A stretch of DNA of 63,977 nt, counting the filler, from an uncultured bacterium (lineage in GTDB: Bacteria > CAZSTA01): assembly GCA_964609495.1 (NCBI GenBank). It is 6 parts of 6 records of this genome, joined end to end, with 100 filler letters (N's around TTAATTAATTAA, not from the genome) between each part and the next. Parts side by side here need not be neighbours in the genome. Positions count along the whole stretch, not along the records: positions 10,892 to 21,658 come from CAZSTA010000124.1; positions 21,759 to 32,443 come from CAZSTA010000125.1; 4 more parts are not named here. The stretch is one strand, 5' to 3'. The notes beneath the pieces were generated by a model. It was not told the origin of the DNA, ran no database searches, and saw nothing but the letters and a program-made list of their open reading frames with translations. A program made the position numbers and the translations under genes. Positions 17,952 to 29,259 of this stretch are shown in pieces. Each line of letters begins with the position of its first letter. Within the stretch, counting starts at the first letter, position 1.

Positions 17952-19835
17952 ATGAAAAATCTTAAAATACTCTTAATCGGTCAGCCAAATACGGGAAAGT
18001 CCTCGTTACTCAATGCCCTAGTTGGTCCAAGAGTTGTGGTATCTAATTATCCTGGGACTACAGTTGAAGTGACCAGAGCCAAAAAGAGAATTAATGATAC
18101 AGAAATTGAGTTCGTAGATACCCCCGGGATATACTCTATATCTGACAGAAGCGAAGAAGAAAAGGTTACCGAGAAGGCTCTGTTTGAAGGAGAAATAGAT
18201 GGGACGATAATAATTGCCGATGCCTCCTCCCTTGAGAGAAGCCTTTATTTAGTCTTGCAAATCTTAGAGGCAGAAATACCAGCTATTATAGCTTTAAATT
18301 TCGTGGAGGAAGCCGAAAGGAAAGGTATAAAAATTAATTCAGAAAAATTAGGGAAACTCCTTAACGTTCCTGTTATCCCTATAAATCCTCTAACTAGGAA
18401 AGGGATAGATAATCTCATAGATTCATTACTGAAAATTAGAGCAAAAGCAAATGGGTTTAGAGTTGGATATGATGATCATATAGAAGAGGCGATAAAACGG
18501 ATTAGATTAGAATTGGGGGAAAATAGGATACCAGAGAGATTTGTTACCTTGAGAATCTTAGAGGAAGATGAAGATTTCTATAAATATTTGAAAGACAGAA
18601 AAATACTTCGAGAAGTTAAAAAGAATTTACAAGAACATCCCAAAGTTGCTGAGGATATATCAATAACTAGATATGGAACAGCTTCATTTATAGCAGAAAA
18701 GGTTACTCAAATAACTTCTATAAAAAAAGAGAAAAAATCACAAGGGGATATTGACAGAGTTCTCCTGCATAAAACCTGGGGGCCATTTATTACTGGTTTA
18801 TCCTATCTTGTTATCTTTGGAATACTGCTATATCTGGGCAATCTGATACAAGGCGTTCTTATGGACTTGGCAGAAATCCTTTTATCCTCTCTAGGTCTAG
18901 GGGAATACTCTATTATCACTATGGTATTAGTTCAGGGTTTAACTGGACTTGCGGCGGGTGTTTCTATCGCTCTACCTTATATATTCTTGTTCTATTTGCT
19001 CCTAGGCTTGTTAGAAGATATAGGTCTTCTTTCCCGATTTATCGTTAATGCTGAGAGGTTTTTAAGAAAATTAGGTTTACCTGGAAAATCATTTATTCCC
19101 CTAGCCTTGGGATTAGGTTGCACCGTGCCAGCGACTAGAGCTACCAGAGTCCTATCATCTGAGAAAGAACAATTTCACACTGCCTCATTGTTTGCTTTTG
19201 TACCTTGCTCCAGTAGGATTGCCATAATAATGGGGATAATTGGATTTTATGGGGGCCTAAAGTTGGCTCTTTCTCTCTTCGCTATTTTACTTGTTGCTGG
19301 TTTAATCTGGGCTTTGGCGATAAAAAAGGTTATTCGTATAAAGAGCGAGCCTTTGCTCTTAGAACTCCCACCCTATAGAAAACCGTTACTTGGGAATGTT
19401 CTTGCTAAAAGCTGGATTAGGATGAAGGATTTCGTATATATAGTTATACCATTGTTAGTGCTTGGAGGGATAGCCTGCGGAATTTTGGATATATTAAATC
19501 TCACTAATATTATAGTAAGACCACTCTCACCAATCACTACTTGGTTAGGATTACCTGCTGTAACTATTATCCCTTTGGTATTTGGATTTTTACAGAAGGA
19601 TTTAACCGGAGCAATGCTTGTATCAGTTTTAGGCAGTGAAATATCTTCAGTTTTAACTCCTCTTCAAATTTTCACCTTTGGTATAGCAACTACTATTGGA
19701 ATCCCCTGCATAATCGCTTTAGGAATGCTTATTAAAGAATTCGGATTTAAGAGAGCAATAGCTTTAACAATAACATCCATAGCTTATGGTCTCCTATTTG
19801 CTGGTTTAACTTGGAGGATAATTTCAATTTTTTGA
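17952..19835 (+). CDS. feoB: Ferrous iron transport protein B
   Basis: GQPNTGKS, VSNYPGTTVE, DTPGIYS, LGLGCTVPA, FVPCSSR, ELPPYR.P, IPC. Confidence 0.92.
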   Translation: MKNLKILLIGQPNTGKSSLLNALVGPRVVVSNYPGTTVEVTRAKKRINDTEIEFVDTPGIYSISDRSEEEKVTEKALFEGEIDGTIIIADASSLERSLYLVLQILEAEIPAIIALNFVEEAERKGIKINSEKLGKLLNVPVIPINPLTRKGIDNLIDSLLKIRAKANGFRVGYDDHIEEAIKRIRLELGENRIPERFVTLRILEEDEDFYKYLKDRKILREVKKNLQEHPKVAEDISITRYGTASFIAEKVTQITSIKKEKKSQGDIDRVLLHKTWGPFITGLSYLVIFGILLYLGNLIQGVLMDLAEILLSSLGLGEYSIITMVLVQGLTGLAAGVSIALPYIFLFYLLLGLLEDIGLLSRFIVNAERFLRKLGLPGKSFIPLALGLGCTVPATRATRVLSSEKEQFHTASLFAFVPCSSRIAIIMGIIGFYGGLKLALSLFAILLVAGLIWALAIKKVIRIKSEPLLLELPPYRKPLLGNVLAKSWIRMKDFVYIVIPLLVLGGIACGILDILNLTNIIVRPLSPITTWLGLPAVTIIPLVFGFLQKDLTGAMLVSVLGSEISSVLTPLQIFTFGIATTIGIPCIIALGMLIKEFGFKRAIALTITSIAYGLLFAGLTWRIISIF

Positions 19836-19994
19836 ATAACGCTTGATGAGAATAACTCAAGTTGCGAATCGAAAATGGGAAGTTATAATTAGGACACTCT
19901 TTATAGATAACTCAAATGCTATCTAAATACAGATATTTATGATATCATCACAGAATGTAGTCTCCTCTTTTCCGAAAAATTTGCTCTTTATCAC

Positions 19995-20023
19995 TTGACA
20001 AATTGTAGATGATATGGTAATAT
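19995..20023 (+). promoter_or_regulatory. Sigma-70 promoter of the ahcY leader
   Basis: TTGACA-17-TAATAT with TG extension. Confidence 0.6.
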
Positions 20024-20087
20024 AAAGTAGCTGAGTTGAGCAATATAAAAATTCGAATTTCAATTGAATATAATGCTGTTAAGAACC

Positions 20088-20200
20088 CTCTTATCCAGAG
20101 CAGGCTGAGGGACTGGCCCTATGAAGCCCGGCAACCAATCTAGGATCCTCTGGATATGGTGCTAATTCCTGCAGGACTGTTTTATCCTGAGAGATAAGAG
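20088..20200 (+). ncRNA. SAM-I (S-box) riboswitch
   Basis: CTCTTATCCAGAG...GAGGGACTGGCCC.ATGAAGCCCGGCAACC...GGTGCTAATTCC...AGATAAGAG. Confidence 0.95.
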
Positions 20201-20221
20201 AGGTTCATATATAATATATGT

Positions 20222-20253
20222 TCCTCTCCTGTCCTCTTGGGAGAGGATTTTTG
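20222..20253 (+). terminator. SAM-I expression-platform terminator
   Basis: TCCTCTCC...GGAGAGGA stem followed by TTTTT. Confidence 0.8.
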
Positions 20254-20298
20254 ATGTCCGATTGAAACTGATCCTAAAAGCATTGATATAGAATATAG

Positions 20299-21594
<1,296 letters not shown>

Positions 21595-21658
21595 TTTAAA
21601 AGACGAAAATGGAAAGTGGAAAATTAAGTTTTCTCTTTCCCGACTTCATCAAAAGGAG

Positions 21659-21758
21659 NNNNNNNNNNNNNNNNNNNNNNNNNNNNNNNNNNNNNNNNNN
21701 NNTTAATTAATTAANNNNNNNNNNNNNNNNNNNNNNNNNNNNNNNNNNNNNNNNNNNN
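21659..21758. other. Artificial contig linker
   Basis: N-TTAATTAATTAA-N. Confidence 0.98.
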
Positions 21759-21759
21759 T

Positions 21760-21960
21760 GGTGATAAACCAACTCTTTTAAATAGACGACCTCAGCTTAT
21801 ATGCCCGCGTGAAGGCAAGCCTCCAATAAAATTTGGATTTGGTCCGGATGGTCTGGATCCGAATGCGGATGTTGTTGTTCTAGAAGGCGAAAATCGCCAA
21901 CTAGCTATAAATGATAAAGTCGATAGTGTCCTTAAAGCGCCAGGTTGGTGGAATGAGTAG
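21760..21960 (+). CDS. 3' end of a hypothetical protein (partial)
   Basis: Open frame from the contig edge: GDKPTLLNRRPQLICPREG...KAPGWWNE*. Confidence 0.45.
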   Translation, partial: GDKPTLLNRRPQLICPREGKPPIKFGFGPDGLDPNADVVVLEGENRQLAINDKVDSVLKAPGWWNE

Positions 21961-21983
21961 GAAGGATGATGATATAGAGCGTA

Positions 21984-22787
21984 ATGATGAATTTGTTCTT
22001 AGTAGATTGGGATGGCTGTGTTAATGGAGAAGGTGGACCCGGGAAGTCTTGGGATTTAGAGGGTGTGATTGAACTTCGGCAGGTTCTTCAGGAAGTGAAA
22101 AGAAAGGCGCCGCATTGGGGGGTTGCGGTGATGACTGGTCGAAGCGATGATTACGGTTTGGGGGCGTTGGAGGCCTTGGGATTGATAGAGTTATATCCTG
22201 AAGCCTTCTCGGGATTTGAAAATGGTGGCTTGTATCGCCGCCATAAAGATTGGGAACTTTTCTGTCACCCTTTAATTACTGATGATGTTATGAAAGCTTT
22301 TGAAATCTTTGATAAGTATGCTTATCCTCGATTATCTAAAATAAGTGAGAGATGGGAGTATAAAAGGGTGTGTAGGACGATGGCTGTGCCTGGAGAGAAG
22401 GAGGTAGAGGAATTTTTCAAGGATGCTTTAGAAATCGTGCGTGATGTAGGAGTTGAGATAGACTACAATTTTTTGGAAGACTTGGATATTACTCATGGTG
22501 GTTCGGCGGTAGATTTTATTGCCAAAAATTTGGGAAAAGGAGCAGGCCTAGAATTCGTTGTTGAGTTGATGAAGATGGATGTAGCGAATACTATTGCTAT
22601 TGGCGACAGTATCTCAGATCTTGATATGTTCAAAGTAGCCCCTCGTTCAGGCGCACCGGCTAATGCGAGTGATAAGGTCAAAGAAAAGGCAAATGTCGTA
22701 GCCAAAAAGAGGGGGCCCCAAGGAGTCGCTCAAATAATACGATACTATGTTTTTGGAGATGAATCGAGTGTTATCGTGAGAGAATAA
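21984..22787 (+). CDS. HAD-superfamily (IIB/Cof-like) phosphatase
   Basis: DWDG motif I, MTGR motif II, KG.G, IGDSISDLDM, APANA. Confidence 0.85.
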   Translation: MMNLFLVDWDGCVNGEGGPGKSWDLEGVIELRQVLQEVKRKAPHWGVAVMTGRSDDYGLGALEALGLIELYPEAFSGFENGGLYRRHKDWELFCHPLITDDVMKAFEIFDKYAYPRLSKISERWEYKRVCRTMAVPGEKEVEEFFKDALEIVRDVGVEIDYNFLEDLDITHGGSAVDFIAKNLGKGAGLEFVVELMKMDVANTIAIGDSISDLDMFKVAPRSGAPANASDKVKEKANVVAKKRGPQGVAQIIRYYVFGDESSVIVRE

Positions 22788-22801
22788 CAATGGACGATCC
22801 C

Positions 22802-23770
22802 CTAAATTGCTAATATAGCTCCTAATTTATATAGATCCCAATCTATTTCCTTCTTCTTCCCCCAGGTATCCTCTAAAGGGGTTAGGACAATCTTACCCCC
22901 GATCTCACCTGCCATCTTATCGGTCTCATCTTGTAATAGAGCCTCAATAGCAGCCGCTCCCAATTTGCTCGCTAGAACCCTATCCTTTGCAGTAGGAGAC
23001 CCCCCTCGTTGGATATGACCTAGAATACATACTCGATAATCTATCCCACTTATCTCCTTAACTTTGCGAGCGATATCAAAAGCTCCTCCGGCTTCATCTC
23101 CCTCAGATACTATGATGATACTACTCGTCTTGCCTCTAGCTCTCCCTATCGCGATCTCCCCCGCTATCCTATTGAGATCAGTTCTCGTCTCTGGGATCAA
23201 TATCTCCTCGGCACCTCCAGCTATCCCCACCTCTAAAGCGATAAAGCCGGCGTTTCTTCCCATCACTTCCACAAAGAATAATCGTTCATGAGAGGCCGCG
23301 GTATCCCTTATTTTATCGATCGCGTCTAAAGCAGTATTTACCGCAGTATCATATCCTATCGTCCAATCAGTGCCATATATATCGTTATCTATCGTTCCTG
23401 GAACACCGATTATCTGTTTATCCCATATTTGATGGAGATCATAAGCTCCTCGGAAAGTTCCATCACCACCGATCACTATCAACCCATCAATTCCAGCCTT
23501 GTCCAATATCTCAACTGCCTTTTCCATTCCTTCCTGAGTTTTAAATTCCTCAGAGCGAGCGGTCTTTATGATAGTGCCTCCTCTTTGGATTATGTTCGAT
23601 ACCGAGCTCAGGCTCATCTTGATCATATCCCCCTCAATAAGCCCCGCATACCCTCGCCGGATTCCTATCACCTCTAGCTTATTATAGATCCCAGTCCGAA
23701 CTACAGCTCTCAAACAAGCGTTCATCCCAGGGGCATCTCCACCGCTGGTCAAAACTCCAATTCTCCTCAT
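22802..23770 (-). CDS. pfkA: ATP-dependent 6-phosphofructokinase
   Basis: TSGGDAPGMNA, GGDGT, PGTIDND, EVMGR, LGHIQRGG. Confidence 0.96.
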   Translation of the reverse strand: MRRIGVLTSGGDAPGMNACLRAVVRTGIYNKLEVIGIRRGYAGLIEGDMIKMSLSSVSNIIQRGGTIIKTARSEEFKTQEGMEKAVEILDKAGIDGLIVIGGDGTFRGAYDLHQIWDKQIIGVPGTIDNDIYGTDWTIGYDTAVNTALDAIDKIRDTAASHERLFFVEVMGRNAGFIALEVGIAGGAEEILIPETRTDLNRIAGEIAIGRARGKTSSIIIVSEGDEAGGAFDIARKVKEISGIDYRVCILGHIQRGGSPTAKDRVLASKLGAAAIEALLQDETDKMAGEIGGKIVLTPLEDTWGKKKEIDWDLYKLGAILAI

Positions 23771-23951
23771 CCATAATCCCCCTTATATAAATTCTCTTAG
23801 CTATCACTTATGATCAAATCCATCCCCAATATCCGCTCTTTACTCTGAAATTATACTAAATTAACCTGAAGATGTAAATAGCTTTTCAAGAGAAATGTTC
23901 ATTTGCTTAAGTTTGTCGCTCTATCAGATTAATTTCTTAGCTCAACCGATA

Positions 23952-23980
23952 TTGACATTAATATGCAGATTTGTTATAAT
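23952..23980 (+). promoter_or_regulatory. Sigma-70 promoter of the ktr operon
   Basis: TTGACA-17-TATAAT, consensus with TG extension. Confidence 0.75.
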
Positions 23981-24016
23981 ATGTTTTGAAATTATCTGTC
24001 TTCGCAAGGAGATGAT

Positions 24017-25426
24017 CTAACGAGACGCTCTTCTCCTGTTCCCAATCTTAATCTAACGCCTCCACAGACGATAGTTTTGGGGTTCGCTTCTGTAATCATA
24101 GTGGGCTCTATTCTCCTCACTCTGCCCATAGCTAGTAGCACAAATGAGCGAGTGAGCTATTTAAATGCCCTTTTTACTGCTACTTCTGCCACCTGTGTTA
24201 CTGGATTAGTAGTAGTAGATACTGGAACTAGATATTCCATCTTTGGTCAGATAGTGATTCTCTTCCTGCTCCAAATAGGTGGGCTAGGATATATGACCAT
24301 GGCAACCTCCCTCTTTCTATTAACTGGAAGGAGGATCTACTTGAGAGAGAGGATGGCACTTCAAGAAGCCCTAGGACAATTCGGGCTTGCGGGATTAGTT
24401 CGCCTTACCATATATATTATCAAAGTAACTTTAGTGATCGAATCCGCAGGGGTGTTAGTATTATTTATCCGCTGGTTGCCTGACTTTGGGGTCGCGAAGG
24501 CTCTCTACTTCGCTATATTCCATAGCGTATCTGCATTCTGTAATGCAGGATTTGACCTCTTAGGAGGCACTTTCGGGAAATTCGGGAGTCTTACTCCCTA
24601 TGCTGAGGATGTGACTATAAGTTTAACCGTAGCTATTCTAGTGATAATAGGAGGAATTGGATTTACTGTCATCTCAGATGTCTATACCGCGAAACGACTT
24701 TCGCGGTTACCTGTCATCACAGATATCCGTACCGCGAGACGATTTTCGAGGTTATCGTTTCACTCCAAGGTTGTAATCACTATCACTGCCATCCTCCTTT
24801 TATTAGGAACTATAGTTATATTTGGGATAGAATATTCCAACCCAAATACCTTGAAGCTATTAAGTCCAAAGGGAAAGATACTAGCCTCATTCTTTCAAGC
24901 GCTGACTCCTAGAACTGCTGGCTTTAATACGATATCAATTGCCAAGATGAATAATGCGACCTTACTTCTTATAAATATCCTTATGTTCATCGGAGCTTCT
25001 CCTGGAGGAACTGGAGGGGGAATAAAAACAACCACCTTTGTAATAATAATGATGGCGGTCTGGGCAACTATGCACGGAGATGAAGAAGCTAATATCTTTC
25101 GGAGAAAGTTATCCAAAGAGGTGGTCTATAAGGCTATAACGGTGGCTTTTCTCTCGCTCAGTTTAGTTATTATAGCTACTACGTTGCTCTGTATCTCTGA
25201 AGGGAAAGGATTCCTGCCTATTCTCTTCGAGATCACCTCAGCCTTTGGAACAGTGGGCTTATCCACTGGAATCACCTCTCAAACCTCCTCCTTTGCTCGG
25301 GTTATCATTATGTTAGTTGTCTTTGCAGGACGGATAGGTCCTTTGACGGTAGTTACGTCCATTACTCTTCGCCAGAGTAAGCTGGCGAAGGTTGAGTATC
25401 CAGAGGATAATATAATGATCGGGTAA
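24017..25426 (+). CDS. ktrB: KtrB/TrkH-family potassium uptake membrane subunit (start uncertain)
   Basis: FTATSATCVTGL, SAFCNAGF, PRTAGFNT, GASPGGTGGGIKTTT, SAFGTVGLS; the conserved LTPPQ.IVLGF lies upstream of the called TTG 24077. Confidence 0.9.
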   Translation, partial: LTRRSSPVPNLNLTPPQTIVLGFASVIIVGSILLTLPIASSTNERVSYLNALFTATSATCVTGLVVVDTGTRYSIFGQIVILFLLQIGGLGYMTMATSLFLLTGRRIYLRERMALQEALGQFGLAGLVRLTIYIIKVTLVIESAGVLVLFIRWLPDFGVAKALYFAIFHSVSAFCNAGFDLLGGTFGKFGSLTPYAEDVTISLTVAILVIIGGIGFTVISDVYTAKRLSRLPVITDIRTARRFSRLSFHSKVVITITAILLLLGTIVIFGIEYSNPNTLKLLSPKGKILASFFQALTPRTAGFNTISIAKMNNATLLLINILMFIGASPGGTGGGIKTTTFVIIMMAVWATMHGDEEANIFRRKLSKEVVYKAITVAFLSLSLVIIATTLLCISEGKGFLPILFEITSAFGTVGLSTGITSQTSSFARVIIMLVVFAGRIGPLTVVTSITLRQSKLAKVEYPEDNIMIG

Positions 25427-25571
25427 TATGATCGATCTCCTCAACCGAAAGAAGAGAGCCTTGAGCGTAAGATAATGGGGATCTTCGATCCTAAAACGCT
25501 TAGCAAAATTCATCTCCAAGACCCTTCTTTTGATCACTTTGCAAATTAATAGAGGTGTGGTGGGTAGAATT

Positions 25572-26228
25572 ATGAAAAAAAGCTTTTTAGTAATAGGATT
25601 AGGCACCTTTGGCTCAAGTTTAGCTAAGGCGCTCTACGAGATGGGACATGATGTGCTGGCTGTGGACAATGATATGGACAAAGTGAGGGATATAAAAGAC
25701 TCTGTGACCGAGGCAATACAACTTGATGCTACTCACGCAGATAGTTTAAAGACCTTGGGAATAAGCAACTTTGATGTAGTGGTGGTGGGAAGGAGTACCG
25801 ATCTAGCCGATAGCATCCTCATCACCCTTAACCTGAAAGAGCTTGGAGCTAAATATATAATGGCTAAGGCTATTACGGATCCTCAGAGGAAGATATTAGA
25901 GCGGATGGGAGTCAACAGGATAGTGTTCCCCGAAATAGATATGGGGATCAGAATAGCTCGTACTCTCTCTACGCCTCAGCTAGTGGATTATATAGAGCTT
26001 ACGGATGATTATAAGGTCGAGGAATTGATAGCTCCCCCCGCTTTTGTGGGAAAGACTCTGGATGAACTAGCATTGAGGACTAGATACGGAGTTAACGTCT
26101 TAGCTATCAAGAGAGGGGGAAGGGTTAATGCTATCCCAGGTCCTGATGATACGGTTATGGAGGGAGATACTCTAGTTATAGTGGGTCAGAATGAGAAGTT
26201 GGAGAGGCTGGCTGTGAAATCGAAATAG
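25572..26228 (+). CDS. ktrA: KtrA/TrkA-family potassium uptake regulatory subunit
   Basis: VIGLGTFG Rossmann RCK_N domain, FPE.DMG, RCK_C domain. Confidence 0.9.
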   Translation: MKKSFLVIGLGTFGSSLAKALYEMGHDVLAVDNDMDKVRDIKDSVTEAIQLDATHADSLKTLGISNFDVVVVGRSTDLADSILITLNLKELGAKYIMAKAITDPQRKILERMGVNRIVFPEIDMGIRIARTLSTPQLVDYIELTDDYKVEELIAPPAFVGKTLDELALRTRYGVNVLAIKRGGRVNAIPGPDDTVMEGDTLVIVGQNEKLERLAVKSK

Positions 26229-26359
26229 ATCCCGCTATAAAGGAAACTTTTGCCTCAAACAAAACTCAAGCGAAAAGGGAACTTTTGCTTCAAATAAGAC
26301 TCAAGGTAAAAAAGTTCCCTTTTTAAGAAAGTTTCCTTTACATTATACCAGCGGGATCT
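26227..26359. repeat. Nested inverted-repeat element (MITE/REP-like; possible bidirectional terminator)
   Basis: AGATCCCGCT/AGCGGGATCT, TAAAGGAAACTTT/AAAGTTTCCTTTA and AAAGGGAACTTTT/AAAAGTTCCCTTT nested; related copy at 36303-36360. Confidence 0.7.
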
Positions 26360-26381
26360 TTATACGCTAAGATATCTTCCC

Positions 26382-29240
26382 TTAGAAGGTGAATTTGAGG
26401 GTTACAATCTGGAACGGTCTAACTTCGAGGGCGACCGTATTATCAGATGCTAACTCCAGTTGAGCTACATCCTCTTCATTCATATTGACCAAATCAACCC
26501 TCTTGACATCCTTATAGATCTTGATCTTACCCTCTACCTCCTTATCGGTAGTATTGTAGAACCTGACGATTAGAGCTTCGCTTTTCTCAGCCTTCTTGAT
26601 AGCGCTAACTACTAAATTCTCAGGCTTCACAGTAACAAAGCTCGATTCAGTGGGTAAAACACCCTCGTGACGACCAGTAGTCGAAGCTCTCACTCCTGCT
26701 ACAAATTGATGAGCGGCTTGATAGGTTTTAGCAGACTGCCAAGTTCCAGAATGGGGTATTATCGAGTACTCGAAGACGTTCGAACCCAAGCATTGAGCCT
26801 CGGGGGTAGCTAGGGAGGGGCCAGCGTTACCCTTCCGAGTCAGAAGATCATCCCTGGAGAGCCAACCAACGCTTCTAAGTAAGGTCAACGCTATCGTAGC
26901 CCCATCAGCTATATCGGTGATAGAATCAACCTCATATTCAAGCAAGCCCTTATTAGCTATCGTCACACCTCTTTCTCCGTCATTGATATCAACGAAAGTC
27001 CTTTGCGGATAGGTCCCATAAGGCTTTTCACTCCTCCACATCTCACCGCTTGGTAGAGCGATGGCTCTCTTCACCACATCGAAATGTCCCTCGGCATAAG
27101 AGTAATCGGTCTTGATATCGGTGGGGAAGAGAACGCGCAAACGATGATCTTTGACCTTGTTATCAAATTCGGTGCGAACATCTATCCTAGCCACTTGGGG
27201 ATACATAGTAACCCAACTGGTGATCGGGCAGGATACCAGACGCCCACTTCTCTGGCTTCTATCCTTAGTGATAGCTTGCGGAAGCATAAGTTTCATCTCT
27301 ATTTTGAAGGTGGTCTTGGCTGGCCCAGAATCGACTAGGGAGATCTTAGCCTTAGAATTAAAGCTAGTGATTACCTTGCTATTCTTCGCGGGAGAATAGT
27401 TATACTCATCGCCAACATCCTCAACATCCTCAAAGAGGAGAAAATTCGGATATACCTTGCCCGTGGTCTTATCGGTTACCCTTAACGCACCATTGGGATT
27501 GATCTCGACCTTGAAGTATTCGTTCTCCATAGAGTTATCCCCGGTCTTGAGCGAAGCGGTATTCTCCTTTGCACTCACCAGTTTAACCATATACGTCTTA
27601 TATCCACAGGAAGGTAATCCTTCAGCTATAAATGCGATCTTAAGTTTAGGCGCTTCCCTTAAAAATACGAGCTTAAAGGTAGTTATCTTCTCATCGGCGA
27701 CCAATTTATAGGCTTCTTCTTTAGCTTTCGCAAACGCATCTGGATCTAGGAACTTAGGCTCGACTCGAGTTACCTTGATCTCGGCTCTATTTCCCCTCTT
27801 AGAGATCTTGATGATACCAGGGGGGAAGGCAAAGCGTCTTCCAAAGGTCCTGATATCCTTCCTATCGATCTCAAAGCTAACTATAGATGGCTCAAGGCGC
27901 TCGATGATCTGATAAGGTATCTCCTTGCCTTGCTCATCTATAATCTTGAAGTCCTCAGTATCTCCCCATATCAGAGGGATATCAGCCTCGACCTTATCCG
28001 TCCTCTTCCAGCTCAGGGGATTATATACTACCAGAGCCATCTCTCCCTTCTCAAGCTGGGAAGTGTCGATCTGAGAAGAGATAGCCTCCAATCCCTTACC
28101 AACCAATAGCTCCCCGATCTGCTCAGCCTGATCGAAGCGCGGCATCATCTCTCCATGAACCTGATCTATACTACAGCCACATATAGAATCGTGAGGATGA
28201 TTCTTAATCGTGAACTTCCAAGCATGCCAGAGGAAAGCGTTAGGATAGGGAGCACCCACCGTCCACGCGAAGGCGGAGAATGGCTCAGCCCACTTCTCCA
28301 GCAAAGCTTGAATCCTCTCATTCGCCTGCTTGATATAGACCCTGGCGGAGAGAACATTAGGCAGGAGAGGCGCATACCTCGCCGCCCTCATCTCGCCCTT
28401 GTAGGTTTTCATCTCAGGTTTTGCGGCTTTGACCTTCTCCACATAGTTGACATAAGTTCCATGAACTAGCTCCGCATCCTCCAGCTTGCCATTAGCATAA
28501 GCTATTATCTCAGGGAGATCGGGTTGAGGTTCTAGGTGATCGCTTCCGTTGTTAAAGAGAAGATATCGGGTATTAGCGTAAGGGATCATCGCGTCCTTCA
28601 GACTCTTTATCCTGTCCAAAGCCATATCCAGATCGACCTTCTGTTCAACATCAGTCCCAAAAGACATACCAATACCCAGATTAGCAGCGTTTCCATATCC
28701 ACCTATCTGGTGAACGGCGAGGACGGAAGTCCCATCGGGAGACTCCCAGAGGAAGTTATCCTTTAGCTCCTCTCCTTCATCCCCTAATCCTCTAGTGAAG
28801 ATAAAGGAATCGATACCGAAGCCCTGTAATATCTGGGGCATCTGGGAGATGTGTCCAAAGGGATCGGGAACATAGCCAACTTTCATTATCCCTCCGAACT
28901 CCTCGCCGATCTTATGACCGATCATCAGATTCCTGATGGTCGCCTCTCCACTCACTAAGAACTCATCAGGGAGTATATACCAGGGACCGATCAGTAACCT
29001 TTTCTCCTCGATGAATTTCTTCAAATCCTCTTTCTTTTCTGGCCTTATCTCTAAATAGTCCTCGATAACGATGGTCTGTCCATCGAAGACGTAATACTTA
29101 TACCCAGGAATGGTTTCCAAGATATTCAGCAGTTTATCAGCAAGCTTGACCAATCTTGTTCTGAACTGCTGAAAGGTTGAATACCACTCCCGATCCCAGT
29201 GTGTTTCAGGGACTACTATTATCTCATACTTCTTACTCAA
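26382..29240 (-). CDS. GH38 alpha-mannosidase (MngB-like)
   Basis: HWDREWY, DGQT, IGPWY, PD.FGH.SQMPQIL, NG.DH, HDSICGCSID.VH, TLLRSVGWLSR. Confidence 0.92.
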   Translation of the reverse strand: MSKKYEIIVVPETHWDREWYSTFQQFRTRLVKLADKLLNILETIPGYKYYVFDGQTIVIEDYLEIRPEKKEDLKKFIEEKRLLIGPWYILPDEFLVSGEATIRNLMIGHKIGEEFGGIMKVGYVPDPFGHISQMPQILQGFGIDSFIFTRGLGDEGEELKDNFLWESPDGTSVLAVHQIGGYGNAANLGIGMSFGTDVEQKVDLDMALDRIKSLKDAMIPYANTRYLLFNNGSDHLEPQPDLPEIIAYANGKLEDAELVHGTYVNYVEKVKAAKPEMKTYKGEMRAARYAPLLPNVLSARVYIKQANERIQALLEKWAEPFSAFAWTVGAPYPNAFLWHAWKFTIKNHPHDSICGCSIDQVHGEMMPRFDQAEQIGELLVGKGLEAISSQIDTSQLEKGEMALVVYNPLSWKRTDKVEADIPLIWGDTEDFKIIDEQGKEIPYQIIERLEPSIVSFEIDRKDIRTFGRRFAFPPGIIKISKRGNRAEIKVTRVEPKFLDPDAFAKAKEEAYKLVADEKITTFKLVFLREAPKLKIAFIAEGLPSCGYKTYMVKLVSAKENTASLKTGDNSMENEYFKVEINPNGALRVTDKTTGKVYPNFLLFEDVEDVGDEYNYSPAKNSKVITSFNSKAKISLVDSGPAKTTFKIEMKLMLPQAITKDRSQRSGRLVSCPITSWVTMYPQVARIDVRTEFDNKVKDHRLRVLFPTDIKTDYSYAEGHFDVVKRAIALPSGEMWRSEKPYGTYPQRTFVDINDGERGVTIANKGLLEYEVDSITDIADGATIALTLLRSVGWLSRDDLLTRKGNAGPSLATPEAQCLGSNVFEYSIIPHSGTWQSAKTYQAAHQFVAGVRASTTGRHEGVLPTESSFVTVKPENLVVSAIKKAEKSEALIVRFYNTTDKEVEGKIKIYKDVKRVDLVNMNEEDVAQLELASDNTVALEVRPFQIVTLKFTF

Positions 29241-29259
29241 TTTACCATCCTCCTTTGTT

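Noticed and set aside
23880-24076. c-di-AMP (ydaO) riboswitch upstream of ktrB
   Set aside because: The promoter lies only ~30 nt before the RBS and no GCTGAA...GGAAC consensus is present
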